Positions 50,899 to 64,000 of a stretch of DNA of 64,000 bases are shown here, in pieces; the first letter of the stretch is position 1; each line of letters begins with the position of its first letter. Source of the stretch: Octopus bimaculoides (taxonomy: Eukaryota); NCBI RefSeq assembly GCF_001194135.2, contig NC_068981.1, forward strand, positions 37,460,125 to 37,524,124, in the 5' to 3' direction. The position numbers were made by a program, and so were the translations under genes. A model generated the notes under the pieces. That model saw only the letters and a list, made by a program, of their open reading frames with translations, was not told the origin of the DNA and did not search any database.

Positions 50899-51895
50899 TT
50901 TGATTTGTTTCTGCAATAGCTTTGACTGACTGTTGTAGTTGATACACTTTTCTTAGTAAATCTACTTAATGTTGTCAATATTGTAGGAAATTTCTTCAAG
51001 TTTGTTTCTTTGATTTATTTTCAATGATTCAAGAGATCAATATAATTTCATTTTCTTTTTATTTTCCTACAATATTTTAATTTTTAATTTTCTCTTACTT
51101 TATTTTCTGCAACTATAGGTATTTGGGTTCCTTTCTCTCTGTGATAATTTGTTGGATAGTTTTGAATTTAATTCAGTTGATTTATATCTAAGTATTTCTA
51201 TGTAGTTCTTTATATTATTTAAACTGAGAACAAGAATAAGCAACATCTCAGACCAGAAGTCTTATTTTCTGCTTTGGTTTCTTGTATTTGATTTGATAAA
51301 CTTTACTCAAAATAAAAAATGTCTTTTTCTCTGTATTAAATAACTGTATTATTTTTAACTTTTGCTAATTTCTTTTTCATGCAATCACTCCAGGTCTGTT
51401 GTGAGGCCTATTGAAAGCATTTACACATGACATTTGGATTGCTTATTTCTTTAAGACAGAATATTTTTTTACCATAATTTAATTTATATTCAGAATTAGT
51501 ATCTACTTTACAATTCTGTAAAGAAAAAACCAAAGCAATATGCTGTTATCCCAAATATAGTTTAAAATGTTTAGCCAGATATGAAATCAAGACTTGTTAG
51601 TGTAAATGAGCACTGCCACAATTCAATCACTGAGGATTCTAAATTGATTTCCCATTGAGAGAAATCATTTTCCAGTTCACAGTTATGATTTCGATAACAT
51701 TCATACGGGTTTTGTGTATTAGCTATTTGTATATCCATTAAGTAAAATATTATGATATATGATGACTCCAGTACATGAAAGAAAACATTGCAAAGTACAT
51801 TTCAAAACATTTGAATAATCATGAAAAATTCCTTCTTAATATGTATGCATGACTCTGCCATTTTGTGAATATATGCAACTTTATTTATGAAGTTA

Positions 51896-51935
<40 letters not shown>

Positions 51936-52386
51936 CATCCATCCATCCATCCATCCATCATCTATCCTCCATCCATCTCTCTCTCACACACTCTCTCCCT
52001 CTCTCCTTCTCTCACTCACTCTTTCTCCCTCTCTCTCTGTCTACANNNNNNNNNNNNNNNNNNNNNNNNNNNNNNNNNNNNNNNNNNNNNNNNNNNNNNN
52101 NNNNNNNNNNNNNNNNNNNNNNNNNNNNNNNNNNNNNNNNNNNNNNNNNNNNNNNNNNNNNNNNNNNNNNNNNNNNNNNNNNNNNNNNNNNNNNNNNNNN
52201 NNNNNNNNNNNNNNNNNNNNNNNNNNNNNNNNNNNNNNNNNNNNNNNNNNNNNNNNNNNNNNNNNNNNNNNNNNNNNNNNNNNNNNNNNNNNNNNNNNNN
52301 NNNNNNNNNNNNNNNNNNNNNNNNNNNNNNNNNNNNNNNNNNNNNNNNNNNNNNNNNNNNNNNNNNNNNNNNNNNNNNNNNNNNNN

Positions 52387-52438
<52 letters not shown>

Positions 52439-52881
52439 TAATATCAGAAACATTATCAAGAATACAGAAATAAACATCTAGAAATAAATCAACACGTACA
52501 CAGAGAAAATGAATGCACTGAAACAAAATATGAATATGCACATATACACATATGCACATAACATCTACACATTTATTGTAGAAATATAAGTATTTATGTG
52601 AATGCATGCATTATCTGATTTAATAGCCTAGACAACAAAACCTTATGTAAAGTTTAAAGTATCAGAGAAAACACCAGAAAATTGCTGCCTTGTGAAAACT
52701 ACATCGTTCAAATGTATGATTCCTTAAAGAAATTAGTGCAAACCAACAAATCCTGCACAAGAAGGAATTGAACATTGTATCTGTCAGGAAATATTTGTAG
52801 GCTATGTTGAAGAAATGTAGACTTGATAAAGCATTCCTCATGGTTAGTAAAGAAAAGTAAATCATCATAATATATGTGTGT

Positions 52882-53152
52882 GTAGTAGGATGGTGAGAGG
52901 GGGTGTAAGAGAGAGACAAGGGACTCTATGTTAAGAGAAGTTTAGCTTCATTTTTCAATTCTGTCATCTTTCATTCTTAGCTTTTGGTTTCCCCATTGCT
53001 AATTGCAAATTTCTCAATTATCACTTCCTTCTACCTGTTCATTCCTCCTGTTCTTCATTCCTCCTGTTCTTTATTCCTCCTGTTCTTCATTCCTCCTAAC
53101 TTAGCTTAACATCCTGTTTCTCTCTGACACCCTCTCTCACCATCCTACTAAC
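52882..53152. mobile_element. Small element with about 40-60 bp imperfect TIRs and an internal 16-bp tandem repeat
   Basis: tagtaggatggtgagagggggtgtaagagagagacaagg versus cctgtttctctctgacaccctctctcaccatcctacta (reverse complement); (ttcattcctcctgttc) about 4 times at 53038-53098. Confidence 0.6.
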
Positions 53153-55109
53153 AGCATTACCCTGTTGTCTCTCTGTACTAGACTACAACTAGGTTGCTTG
53201 AGATACACCAATACTTTATTACATTCTAAGACTGGGGAAAACAATATTTCCTAGGTATGAAAAGGATATAAAATGATATATGAATGCCTATAATCAATTA
53301 ATGTAATATTCCTTATTTACTATGTTTTTTGTAGTCTATGGTCAGTTAATATTTAAGATAGTCAATATTATTTTATCAAGTTGCTTTTGGATCCCAAATC
53401 ACTCAAAATCATTCGGATCATGACTTTTCATCTCTCTTTTTTCACCTGAACTAATATTTCCAGGATTAGATTATCTTTTGGTATTTTTTTTCCTAAAATG
53501 GTTAGTCATGATTTGAGAGAAACTTAGCTGCTTCTTTTAGTAAGTTAATCATTAATGTACACTTCTAGTTGCTTTATACTACTACATCATGTTTCTCTAG
53601 AGAGTAAGTCTACATAATATCACTTAATTTTTGTGCTGAATAACTTGTCTGAGTTTAGGAGTCCATTATTATGTTCCATCATAATACTCTCTATTACTTT
53701 CATTATTTGTTTTTCATTAATATTTTATTCTAAAGAGGATGGACTTTGAGATTGGTTGATGTTCATCCTGAAATTCTACAAGTAGATATCTGTAGAGAAA
53801 AATTGTGAAAAAGCCAACAAACGAATTTCTTCCTGATTGCATACCCAGTTGGTTCACCTTTAATTCATGCATTACCACCTAAAAACAGGAAAATGTATTG
53901 GATATTGTAGTCCTGGATATACAAAAAAGATAGACTGCTCATGGCTGGAATGCCTTTGATTATAGGTGTGCTTGATCAGGGTTGACTTAATGTTAAACAA
54001 ACATAACAATGAGAATGGGGATGAACCAGTAAGTAATTCTGTTTGCTAGATTTAAAAGCCATATCTTTCTTAACAGCTGATGCTTGGATTAGATATACTT
54101 TAAGATTTCTGCTATCATTTGAGTGGATGCTAAGCCCTAGTTTATTTACTATTTAGTAATATACTGGATAAAATTCTAATTTATTACAGAGACTCTTTCC
54201 TTTCAGAAAACTCTGTTTATCAGTTTTATGAAATTGCCACACCTTATGGAAATAAAATATATAACCTTATAGAATTTGCTTATACCTAAGTAACATAGCT
54301 TAAGAAGTTCAATATTATTGACATTGACACCATGCTGGTAGAATGATACAAACTGACTATTCCTTGGTCATAGTGGCATATCATGGTTATTACCACAATT
54401 TCTCTCCTGTGCTATCATGCTGAACATACTGTGCTCAAAAATAAACATGATATCATCCTTGTTTCTAGGTGCGTATTATTAGGTTTGAAAAGAAATTATG
54501 ATCAGATTGTATCACAGTAATCCAAGAACTGAATCATAAAGAAAATCTGTTTCTATTTATATATTTTCAATAAAATAATACATATAACTTAATGAACACA
54601 GGATATGTGCTGGTGGAATGTTACTCATTCTTCACTCTTCTTTGTCATATTTCCATTATCCTGCCATATACCCAGTTCAGTTTCAGGAGAGAATAAGGTG
54701 TGGTGTGTGTAGAGTAATCTCAGAACAAATGTCACCGCAATTTATAATTAGAAACAGAAAAATTAGTTTCCCATTATGATCCATTATTATTTTATTGAGT
54801 TAGCTTAATGTTTATGATGAATGTTGTCTTTGGTAGGTGAACAGCACACATCTAGCATATTCTGAGATGTACTTGTTTGGTTGGTTGTATGGCACAATTT
54901 GAGTTGGTCATTCATGATATGCATAATGAGAATTTATGCCAAATTTTTTTTGTATTCCTGCTTTTAAGCACCTGTCAGCTTATTTTGACAGCCGGTATTA
55001 CAAAAGTTGAAATGTAGAAAAATTCTTTTCTGGAACTGGTTCTCGAAGTAAATGTAAAGCTATAAATAATAACATATAAATATTAAATTGAAAAACCCTT
55101 TTTGTACAG

Positions 55110-55134
55110 AATACCAGTCATATCTACTGGAGAT
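55110..55134 (+). CDS. Candidate 25-nt micro-exon
   Basis: ccctttttgtacag|AATACCAGTCATATCTACTGGAGAT|gtgagt has strong splice signals, and all three frames are open. Confidence 0.15.
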
Positions 55135-55842
55135 GTGAGTTCATGTCCTATGGGCAGCCTTTCACATTTTCTATCCAAAAGGATTTGCAACCCAATATAT
55201 TTACATGCTATTATTTATAACTTTATATGCATTTCAAGAACCAATTCCAAAACAGAGATATTCCATATTCTCTTGAATGTTTATACATTCTTATGACGTC
55301 AAACTGAAATGTTTTAACATCACAAAATCTCATTTCTCTTCACATCTATCACTTATTTTACTTTAGGAAAATGTTGTTCATCATTTTTATTTTATTCTGC
55401 ATTTTCCTTTTACATTCTAAAAATACCACACTATTTTCTTTAAGTCTAGGAAGAATTTGGTTTATGTACTCCACACTCACACTGAAACTTGAAGTACATT
55501 GTATGCATTGAACATATGTTGATATGCTTCACTATCATGAAATGCAATATGAATACAATGATAGGAAAATCATGTTGAATTTTATAGCTATTATTAAAAC
55601 TTATTGCAACATGTTCACAATGAGTAAAAACCAATATTTTTGTTATAATTTGTTACTTTCAAATGAATGTTTTTTAAACAAAGCATTTCAGAAGTGTGAT
55701 TACCTGAAAGGTGGAGTATAAACAAGTTATCGTACCATGAAAGTAGAGGGTGAAGAAAAGAAAAATCAATGAAAGAGATGTGAAACACAGAAAATTATTA
55801 ACCCTTCCAATCAATATTTGTCTTGGAAAATAAGGTAAATGG

Positions 55843-55883
<41 letters not shown>

Positions 55884-57273
55884 GTGATGATGGTTGAAAG
55901 TTAAATAATTATTTCTGTCAGTTCTTTTTCTTCACCTTTCAAGCTCAAATGTATTTTTGAACTTCTTATGCTTAGTCTTCTTGTTTCTCACCTTCCTGTG
56001 GAGGGTGATGGTATTTCACTTCCCTTGTCACAGTGATGGTGCTCAGGTGCTATTTCGTTAATTAAGAATCAAGATCCATTTTACTTAACAAGTAGTCTTT
56101 AGAGTTGATACAATCAAATCTTGTAGTGACCTAATTAACATATCAAATTGACTAATTCACATGCTAAATAGAAAATGCTCCACTTAATTTATTGAATTAT
56201 CCTTCCTACTGTGACGTGTGAAATGAGATCCGTCTGTTTAATTTTATCCACTAATAAAGCTATGCCATTAGAAAACTGTGTGAAAGCTAACCATCTGGGA
56301 AGTTTCCTTTCACATAAAATGATTCATTAAATTTGATATTATGTTATCAGTTTACTATCTCTATAACACTACTTCTACATTAAATTAAATAATCTATTTT
56401 GTTTTTACCTGCCCACAATTGTTAATACAATATTTGCTTTGCCAGTCACTTTCAATGTTTTCTTTAACTTTAATTTTGCCATTGTAAAGTTGTGGTTGCT
56501 AATGAGAATGTTATTTTACATTCTTTGACATCATTGTTCTGTTTTGATACTTCTACATCGTTTTTAATTCCATCTCCAGAAATTTCTCACTCATTCATTC
56601 CTTGATACCTTTTCAATTCTAATAACTCTCGTAACCAATCAAATTCCTAGGAGTGTTTTTGTTTATAAGAAAAACAGCTAATAAATTTATTTATTCAAAG
56701 TCTTTCTCACATCTAAGTGCCTCATGTTAAGTCTCTCAAGAAGATTACAGCTTTAAAGATTATAGCACTAAATCTCAATTCATAAGTTGTCTACAACTAA
56801 CTCAAGCTTCACCATATTAGAGCACAGCAACCCATGTTCTGAAAACCTCCCTCTGATTCTTAATTTGCCTGAATTTGTATTTTTGTTTGTCAAGTGAAAC
56901 ATCATTAATGCTTTTCCCTTGATTGACTTTTCTTGTGTAAGAGCAGTTGCTATTTGTATTACTGTTTTCTTAATAAATGAATAATTTCTTTTTTAATTTT
57001 ATGTATCTGTTAGTTGCTGGAGACTACACTAATCTAAGAGTAACATGTCAGGCCTTTTGGAAAAAATCAGCTGCAATTATCTGTAGGCCTTAAATATATC
57101 TTCGTTAATATTATATACATAACTGTGGACTTTAGAAAAAGGTATTACAACTATTACATTACATAGACAGTCACACACACATGCACATGCACACACACAC
57201 ACAAGCATATATACATAAATACAGATGCACATATACACACGCACACACTCACGGACATATGCACATACATACA

Positions 57274-57310
<37 letters not shown>

Positions 57311-59390
57311 ACATATACATATAGGACTAATGCCTGTTTCCTGCTACATTTGTTTCATTGTTTCATTAAGAGTTTTTATTTTAATATAAGCATATACAAT
57401 TAATTAGATTGTGTAATACGTAATATAAGTCCCAAATCATCAGGCAATCAGGTAAACAGGTAAGGTAAACAGATGAGCAATGTCTTATAATCAACAGATT
57501 ATCAACAAGAGAAATTTCTAATCCGAATACCAACATGTACGAAAATTAAGGTCGATTTATCCTCTGAGCAGTCACTCAAGAAACGATGGTTGAACAGGGT
57601 TGTAAATGTGAAGTCAACTGGAATATCAAGATCTATAACAACATAATTAATCTAAATAACCTCACCCACAAAGGTGAATAGAGGCAGAACTCATCCGATA
57701 TAGTTGATGGTAAGTGCTAAACAAACATTTAATCCTAATCAAGACAAGTTCAAAGGTAGTCATGGACAATATTCTCAAAACTCATTTATTGTATAATTGG
57801 CATTATGTTTTAATTCACTGAATTAATCATGCTAAAAGTGGAGAAGGGAAAACGGATAAGGAAAAAGGAAAGAACTAATGGAACAAGATAATATAAATGA
57901 AGTAGAGGGAAAAACAAGAAAAAGAAAAAAATAGATAGAGAGGGAGTAAAAGATAGAGTGAAAAACTAGAGAGAGAATTGGTCAACACTGTGACTGGAAG
58001 GTTGATTGGTATTAATGAATAAATAAATGTGTGCCTTAAAATAATGAAATTTTTGTATGTAACACTGTATGCTAATTTAAAAGTATAAATTCATAAATTT
58101 AGGAGTTCCTGAGCATATACATATAGAAGAGTGAAATATGTAGGTATCATTTGATTATTTGGGAAGAATTTATCCGTTGGAAAGTCAGTTCTTACTAGAG
58201 AACGTAAATCAAAACTAATAACCCAATAAATAAGTAGAAAGTCATTAACCTAATATTTATATCGACCAAAATTGTCACAATATTACTCAGAATAAAGTAA
58301 GTCAATCAAAATTATACAGTTCAGTTGTTATCCAAAACATAACCTAATGATTAAAAAATTATTTTGGAGTAAGCAAGGAAGTGTTCAAAGAGTTTATAGG
58401 AATTATGAAGGTTATAGAGATCATAACACAATCAATGTTAAGGGAATTTATAGGACAATATCACATAAAGAATTATAATGTTTGTGATTAAGGAGGATGG
58501 TGCATTCATTATAAAGATATCCCTATCCTAGAACTAAAATAAAATCATAAATACGTAAAATATATATTAGTCATAAGTATTGGTTGCTAGAGCTAGGGTG
58601 GGCAAGGCTTGTTAGTATATGCACTATTACAACGATAATGATATTAGGATACTCTATGCTACATAAAAATCCTTCAAGAATCTTATTACTCATGCTAAGG
58701 CCCATGTCCAGGAAAGACCTAGAGAATCAGTTTAAAGTATAAAATGTGGACATTTCATCCTTAATTCATCTGATTTCTAAAAATTCTATACAGCTGCAAT
58801 AACAACAATATCTATCACTAACAAATGGCTTAGCATGCATTGCAATACTTCATGTTAGACATCTTTGCCACTTAATTACCAGACTTTTGCAGAGAGCAAT
58901 GTTGCTTTGGTCTTATCCCTCTTTCTGAAGGTATGAAGATGATTACCTATCTTATTTTGACAGAAAAAGTAGATCCCACGTAGGTGAATATATGTAGGTA
59001 GTTCTAACATTACATTTATACACGGTATTTTTGGTTAGATTTATACTATTATTACAGTTAATATCTGTGTTAACATGATTGTCAGCATTATTCATAATAT
59101 TACTATTGCTACTCTCACAATTATCCATATTCATATTAGTTATTACAACTATTATTCTGTAGTCACATTTTTATTACGTAGTTGCACTTCACTACTGAGC
59201 ATAGCACCGTGTGCCTTGGGTATGTGCTGTGGTTTGTTTCAGCGTTGTTTTTTTATTGCTTATTAGGTCAAAAGTTGACAGATTATTTGAGTTCTACCAA
59301 GTAGATGGCTGCAGCTTTCAGTCTTTTCAAGGATTGTCTGTCTGTCTGTCTGTCTTTCTCTCTCACTCTCTCACCCACTCTCTCTCACTC

Positions 59391-59490
<100 letters not shown>

Positions 59491-60152
59491 CATCGTATGT
59501 GTGATGTATATGTGTATGCACAAACATATCATTCATACAAACATACATATAATATTTGTGCGTGTTGAAGAAATTAATGGCATATACTATCGAAAAGGAC
59601 AGTGAATCAGTTCAAACTCCTTGTTCTTGAAATCAAAGTGTTTATATTTCTTTACTTCTATTTATGCATATATATTTATCTAACTACGTATTAATGTTTG
59701 TTTGCTCTGATATAAAAGAAAGAACTTGTAAAAATCTAAGAGGAATGAAGGACTAACGTCCAAAACATTAAAGTACTTTTATCTTAAATGAAGCATGAAA
59801 CTAATACCATATTTGTCAAACTTTATTCTTCCTGTATTGTTCTTTTTATCGTTTATTTTATTTACACTATATATATATATATATATATATATATNNNNNN
59901 NNNNNNNNNNNNNNNNNNNNNNNNNNNNNNNNNNNNNNNNNNNNNNNNNNNNNNTATATATGTATATATATGTATGTATGTCTGCATGTATGTATTAAAA
60001 ATTTTATTATTATTTATTGTAATAAAATTGAAGTAAATGGTCTTGCCCTGTGATTTTTATCAGTTATAGCTCAGATAGAAGATTCTGAATGTGTTTTGTA
60101 ATTTTTATCGCTGGACTTTATAAAATTAGGGTGATTTACACACACACACAAA

Positions 60153-60197
<45 letters not shown>

Positions 60198-60404
60198 TTT
60201 CTTATACATTCTGTAGATATTGCAGGTTTAGAGCATACATACTTGCACAGTGATAGTCATTTTTTATGATTCAATGAATAGGTTTTAATAGTGGTTTTTC
60301 AGTTAAGAGTGCTGAAATGCCAACTAAACAAATTTTACTTATGAACATACGTATTTATTCTGCATACGGTCGTCTGCTGAGGATCTTGCAGTATTAAGCA
60401 TGGA

Positions 60405-60567
60405 ACACAGCTGTATGGTAAGTAGCTTGCTTACCTACTACATAGTTCTTGATTCAGTCCCACTTGGACAAGTTTCTTCAACTATAGCCTTGGGCTGACC
60501 AACGCCTTGTGAGTGAATTTAGTAGACGGAAACTGAAAGAAGCCCATCGTATATATATATATACATA

Positions 60568-60598
<31 letters not shown>

Positions 60599-60820
60599 GT
60601 TTGTGTGTGTCTGTGTGTGTGTTTGTGTGTGTCTGTGTGTCCCCGCCCCCAACATTGCTTGACAACTGATATTGGTGTGTTTACGTCCCTGTAACTTAGT
60701 AGTTTGACACAAGAGACCAATAGAATAAGTACTAGGCTTACATAAGAATAAATCCTGGGGTCGATTTGCTCCAACATGGCAGCAGTCAAATGACTGAAAC
60801 AAGTAAAAGAATAAAAGAAT
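60405..60820 (+). mobile_element. Near full-length tRNA-derived SINE with internal (TA)/(TG) tract
   Basis: gctgtatggtaagtagcttgcttacc..gattcagtccc head, then family body and tail ...tgactgaaacaagtaaaagaataaaagaata. Confidence 0.88.
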
Positions 60821-61009
60821 ATACTATCATAAAACTTGAATACATTTAGTTGTCAGATAAATTTGTTAGTTTCTTTTCACTGTTATTTAAATTAACATAA
60901 ATAATTTTATTGCAGTGTTTTATGGGGGATAATGGTTGTAGTTTCATTCTTCCTCTAAAAGTTTTGTTTATCGTTTTTGAAGATGTATAAATTTTACCTC
61001 TTTTGAGGC

Positions 61010-61430
61010 ATATGAGTGCCAAGAAGAAAAAAATAAATTTGCATTTTTGACATCTGCTTCTTTTTGCTTTTAACCATAGTCTCAAAGCTGCTAATACTGC
61101 CTGAGATATTTGTGCTGCCTACAGAGAAGTTGCAATTACTGAACCAACTGCATAGAAATGGTTTTCATGCTTCAAGGAGAGAAAATTCAACCTCACAGAC
61201 CAATCAATTCAGTTCAATCAGGATCTTTTGAAATATCTCGTTAATGAGTATCCGTACCTATCCACTTGGGAATTGGCCAAGCAGATGGGATGCTCACACA
61301 GTACTATCATCTGTCACTTTCACTCAATGGGTAAAGTCCCAAAACTTGGTGTATGTGTGTACACGTTCTGAATGAAAGAGACAACTCCAGTGATCTTCTA
61401 TCACCATCAGTTTGCTTACCTGACACCAGG
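61010..61430 (+). mobile_element. Mariner transposase N-terminal remnant, same family as 11130-11934
   Basis: HF*HLLLFAFNHSLKAANTA*DICAAYREVAITEPTA*KWFSCFK..STWELAKQMGCSHSTIICHFHSMGKVPKLG. Confidence 0.85.
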
Positions 61431-61689
61431 TTATTGATAGACACAGATAGACACAAGCCTTTACCGATGATGAGACATGGTGTCTTTATGTCAATATGAA
61501 GCAGAGGAAAGAATGGTTGATTCTGGGTAACCCAATACAAATAAACAGGCAATATTGCATAGACATGGATACAAATCTATAAATCTTGCATACATACATA
61601 GACATGCACGTATAAATATCTCCACCCCCACCCACCCCCACACGTAAATTCACACATATACACAAATTCAGTTGCAGGATTGGAAACCA

Positions 61690-62100
61690 CCATGGCTGTT
61701 TCATGGTGCAATAGAATCTGTTCTGCTCTACGGTTCTGAATGATGCTCTCTTGCAGTGGCACAACAGCAATCACTAGATGGCACATACATTTGACTTCTG
61801 TGCAAGGTCTTTAACATATATTATGTTGACCATGACCATACATCAATCAAGTCATTATATGGATCTTTACTGCCTGTCAGCCAGACAATCAAAGACAGCT
61901 AAAATTTATAGGCCACTGCTTTTGTCAAACAATTCAAGGTGCCTCTGCACTTTTATCTGTAACCCTGTGAGGAAGTTCAAGCCTTGTGGTCAGGGTCACA
62001 CGAGGTATGTCCCTGAACTGATGTGGAACACAAAACTGTGCACTGTCTCAGCGTTGGCACATGCCATATCCTTTCACAGAGCCTGGAGGGAGAATTGCAT
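61690..62100 (+). mobile_element. RTE/RTEX-type LINE RT C-terminal remnant
   Basis: LFHGAIESVLLYGSE*CSLAVAQQQSLDGTYI*LL...QLKFIGHC matches the pattern LF.A.hESVLLYG.E.W.L......LDG.Y.RhL...RRL.h.GHC. Confidence 0.7.
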
Positions 62101-62174
62101 TTGAGTTGGAATTAACATCATGAATATACTATGAAGAATTATCTATCTATCTATCTGCCCTCCTCTCTCTCTCT

Positions 62175-62205
<31 letters not shown>

Positions 62206-62681
62206 NNNNNNNNNNNNNNNNNNNNNNNNNNNNNNNNNNNNNNNNNNNNNNNNNNNNNNNNNNNNNNNNNNNNNNNNNNNNNNNNNNNNNNNNNNNNNNN
62301 NNNNNNNNNNNNNNNNNNNNNNNNNNNNNNNNNNNNNNNNNNNNNNNNNNNNNNNNNNNNNNNNNNNNNNNNNNNNNNNNNNNNNNNNNNNNNNNNNNNN
62401 NNNNNNNNNNNNNNNNNNNNNNNNNNNNNNNNNNNNNNNNNNNNNNNNNNNNNNNNNNNNNNNNNNNNNNNNNNNNNNNNNNNNNNNNNNNNNNNNNNNN
62501 NNNNNNNNNNNNNNNNNNNNNNNNNNNNNNNNNNNNNNNNNNNNNNNNNNNNNNNNNNNNNNNNNNNNNNNNNNNNNNNNNNNNNNNNNNNNNNNNNTAT
62601 ATATATATATATATTAACATAAGCATGTTCCTGTACATGTATACAAATGTATGTATGTGTGTGTGTGTGTGTGTGTGTATG

Positions 62682-62720
<39 letters not shown>

Positions 62721-63017
62721 ATGTATATGTATTTAAATGTATGTCTATAAATAAATTTTGATAGCTTCGTCTAAAATGATGGTTTTATAAAAAAATAAAT
62801 AATTCTTTACATTAAAATTTTTTTAATGTTTTAATGAAATCATTTAAGCAAGCATAATGTACGACCCAAAATATTTGTTTCCTTTGATTATTTCAACTTT
62901 ATAAGGCTCTTATCCTTTTTTATTCTTTGAATCCAATTATATGCTGCATATACAGTTAAAAGGCTATCCAGGATTTGGAAATTTAACGGAGTTTGAATTT
63001 TGAGTCATATACATATA

Positions 63018-63480
63018 TTGTGTTCGGCCAAAAGTTTGCAATATTGTAGTAACTTATTTGCTTTATTTGTCAGTTTACAACAAAAGCAGCTTAGTATTCA
63101 AAGTAAAGGACGTCATGTTGCACCATCTGAAGCCACTTTCTGCGAGTTCTTTGATCCCAGGCTGATATCAGTTCTTGTCCTTTGAGGCAAAGAACTCCTT
63201 CATTAAAGCTTCTATCTCCTGTTGGTTGATTAAGTGTCGTGAGCACAGGAAGTGAGCCATGGATTGGAACAAGTAATAATCCACTGGAGCTTATTCTGGA
63301 CTATATGCTGGGAGTGACATGCATCAGTTTGATTCCTTTAAGTTCCTGGAGTTTATTCTGGACCTCATTTGAGTGGTATGAGATTTTCGTTGTATTACTG
63401 TCAACCAATGCCAGGTACTTTTGCTGTATAATGGCATACATCACTGAGATGCTGAGCTTGGCTGCCACTCTCCATGTGTT
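63018..63480 (-). mobile_element. Mariner 3' end (C-terminal transposase + right TIR)
   Basis: PAYSPE*APVDYYLFQSMAHFL..EFFASKDKN*YQPGIKELAE.WLQMVQHDVLYFEY*. TIR ttgtgttcggccaaaagtttgc with TA at 63016-17. Confidence 0.9.
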
Positions 63481-63489
63481 CCCTAATCT

Positions 63490-63958
63490 AAACTTGATTT
63501 GTTCTTTGCCATAGCTCCATATTGCTTATGTGTTCGGGCCATCTAATTTTAAGTATACTACGCAAGCATCTGTTGATGAATGATTGTATTTTCTTATTTG
63601 ACTTGACTCAGCCAAATACAATAACTCCACTTTTACGTTAGTGTTAAAAATTCTTACTTTGTTCTTTAATGAAATTACACTTGCGCTCCAAAATTAGAAG
63701 CAATAGCTGCCAAACTAGGATTGAAAGTCAACTGCAACAAATCAAAGATTATGCACGTTAATGAAGAAAACAGCGAACGTATTAAACTAGAAACTGGTGA
63801 ACTAGAGGATGTAACTGAGTTTACGTATTAGGGTAGTAAGATAACGTTCTCAGGTAGCACCGACGAAGATATTAAGACAAAGAATAAGTAAGGCAAGGAC
63901 CGCTTTTCACCTGTTAAAAAAAAAGTATGTTGCGCAAGTGTAATTTCAATAAAGAACA
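63490..63958. mobile_element. RTE-clade LINE RT fragment with an internal inversion
   Basis: Plus strand 63690-63930 gives KLEAIAAKLGLKVNCNKSKIM..LEDVTEFTY*GSKIT..GSTDEDIK.RISKARTAFH. Minus strand 63686-63490 gives its continuation SVISLKNKVRIFNTNVK..LLYLAES..IQSFINRCLRSILKIRWPEHISNMELWQRTNQ. Confidence 0.88.

Positions 63959-63959
<1 letters not shown>

Positions 63960-64000
<41 letters not shown>
63960..64000. repeat. (TA)n running off the window end
   Basis: Direct reading. Confidence 0.97.

Noticed and set aside
58100-58720. Possible mitochondrial insertion (NUMT)
   Set aside because: Translation with the invertebrate mitochondrial code gave no recognisable mitochondrial protein or rRNA motif.

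Overview
AT-rich, microsatellite-dense animal genomic DNA with 10 N-gaps. The tRNA-headed SINE families and repeat landscape look like a coleoid cephalopod, probably Octopus (inference; not checked against a database). I cannot identify any host protein-coding gene, real tRNA, rRNA or CRISPR array. Nearly all listed ORFs are translations of microsatellites, gaps or decayed repeats, and only a few short candidate exons remain. The window is a transposon graveyard: four mariner (DD34D) remnants (one with both TIRs and TA target duplications), a DD37D/maT-like remnant, a piggyBac-type MITE, several foldback/MITE-like palindromes, RTE-, RTEX- and CR1-type LINE 3' ends, two restriction-like-endonuclease (R4/Dong-like) LINE families, a Penelope-like RT fragment and many SINEs. 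The most interesting signals are: (1) a structurally complete minimal type I hammerhead ribozyme with a family-level A6U core variant, in a short Penelope-type element at 36966-37002 (-); (2) an RLE LINE family repeatedly bordered by (CATA)n, suggesting microsatellite targeting; (3) an RTE LINE with a 5' inversion and a 27-bp inverted duplication; (4) a cluster of long dsRNA-forming inverted repeats at 32.8-37.1 kb. Coordinates of decayed repeats are approximate, and identities were estimated by eye.
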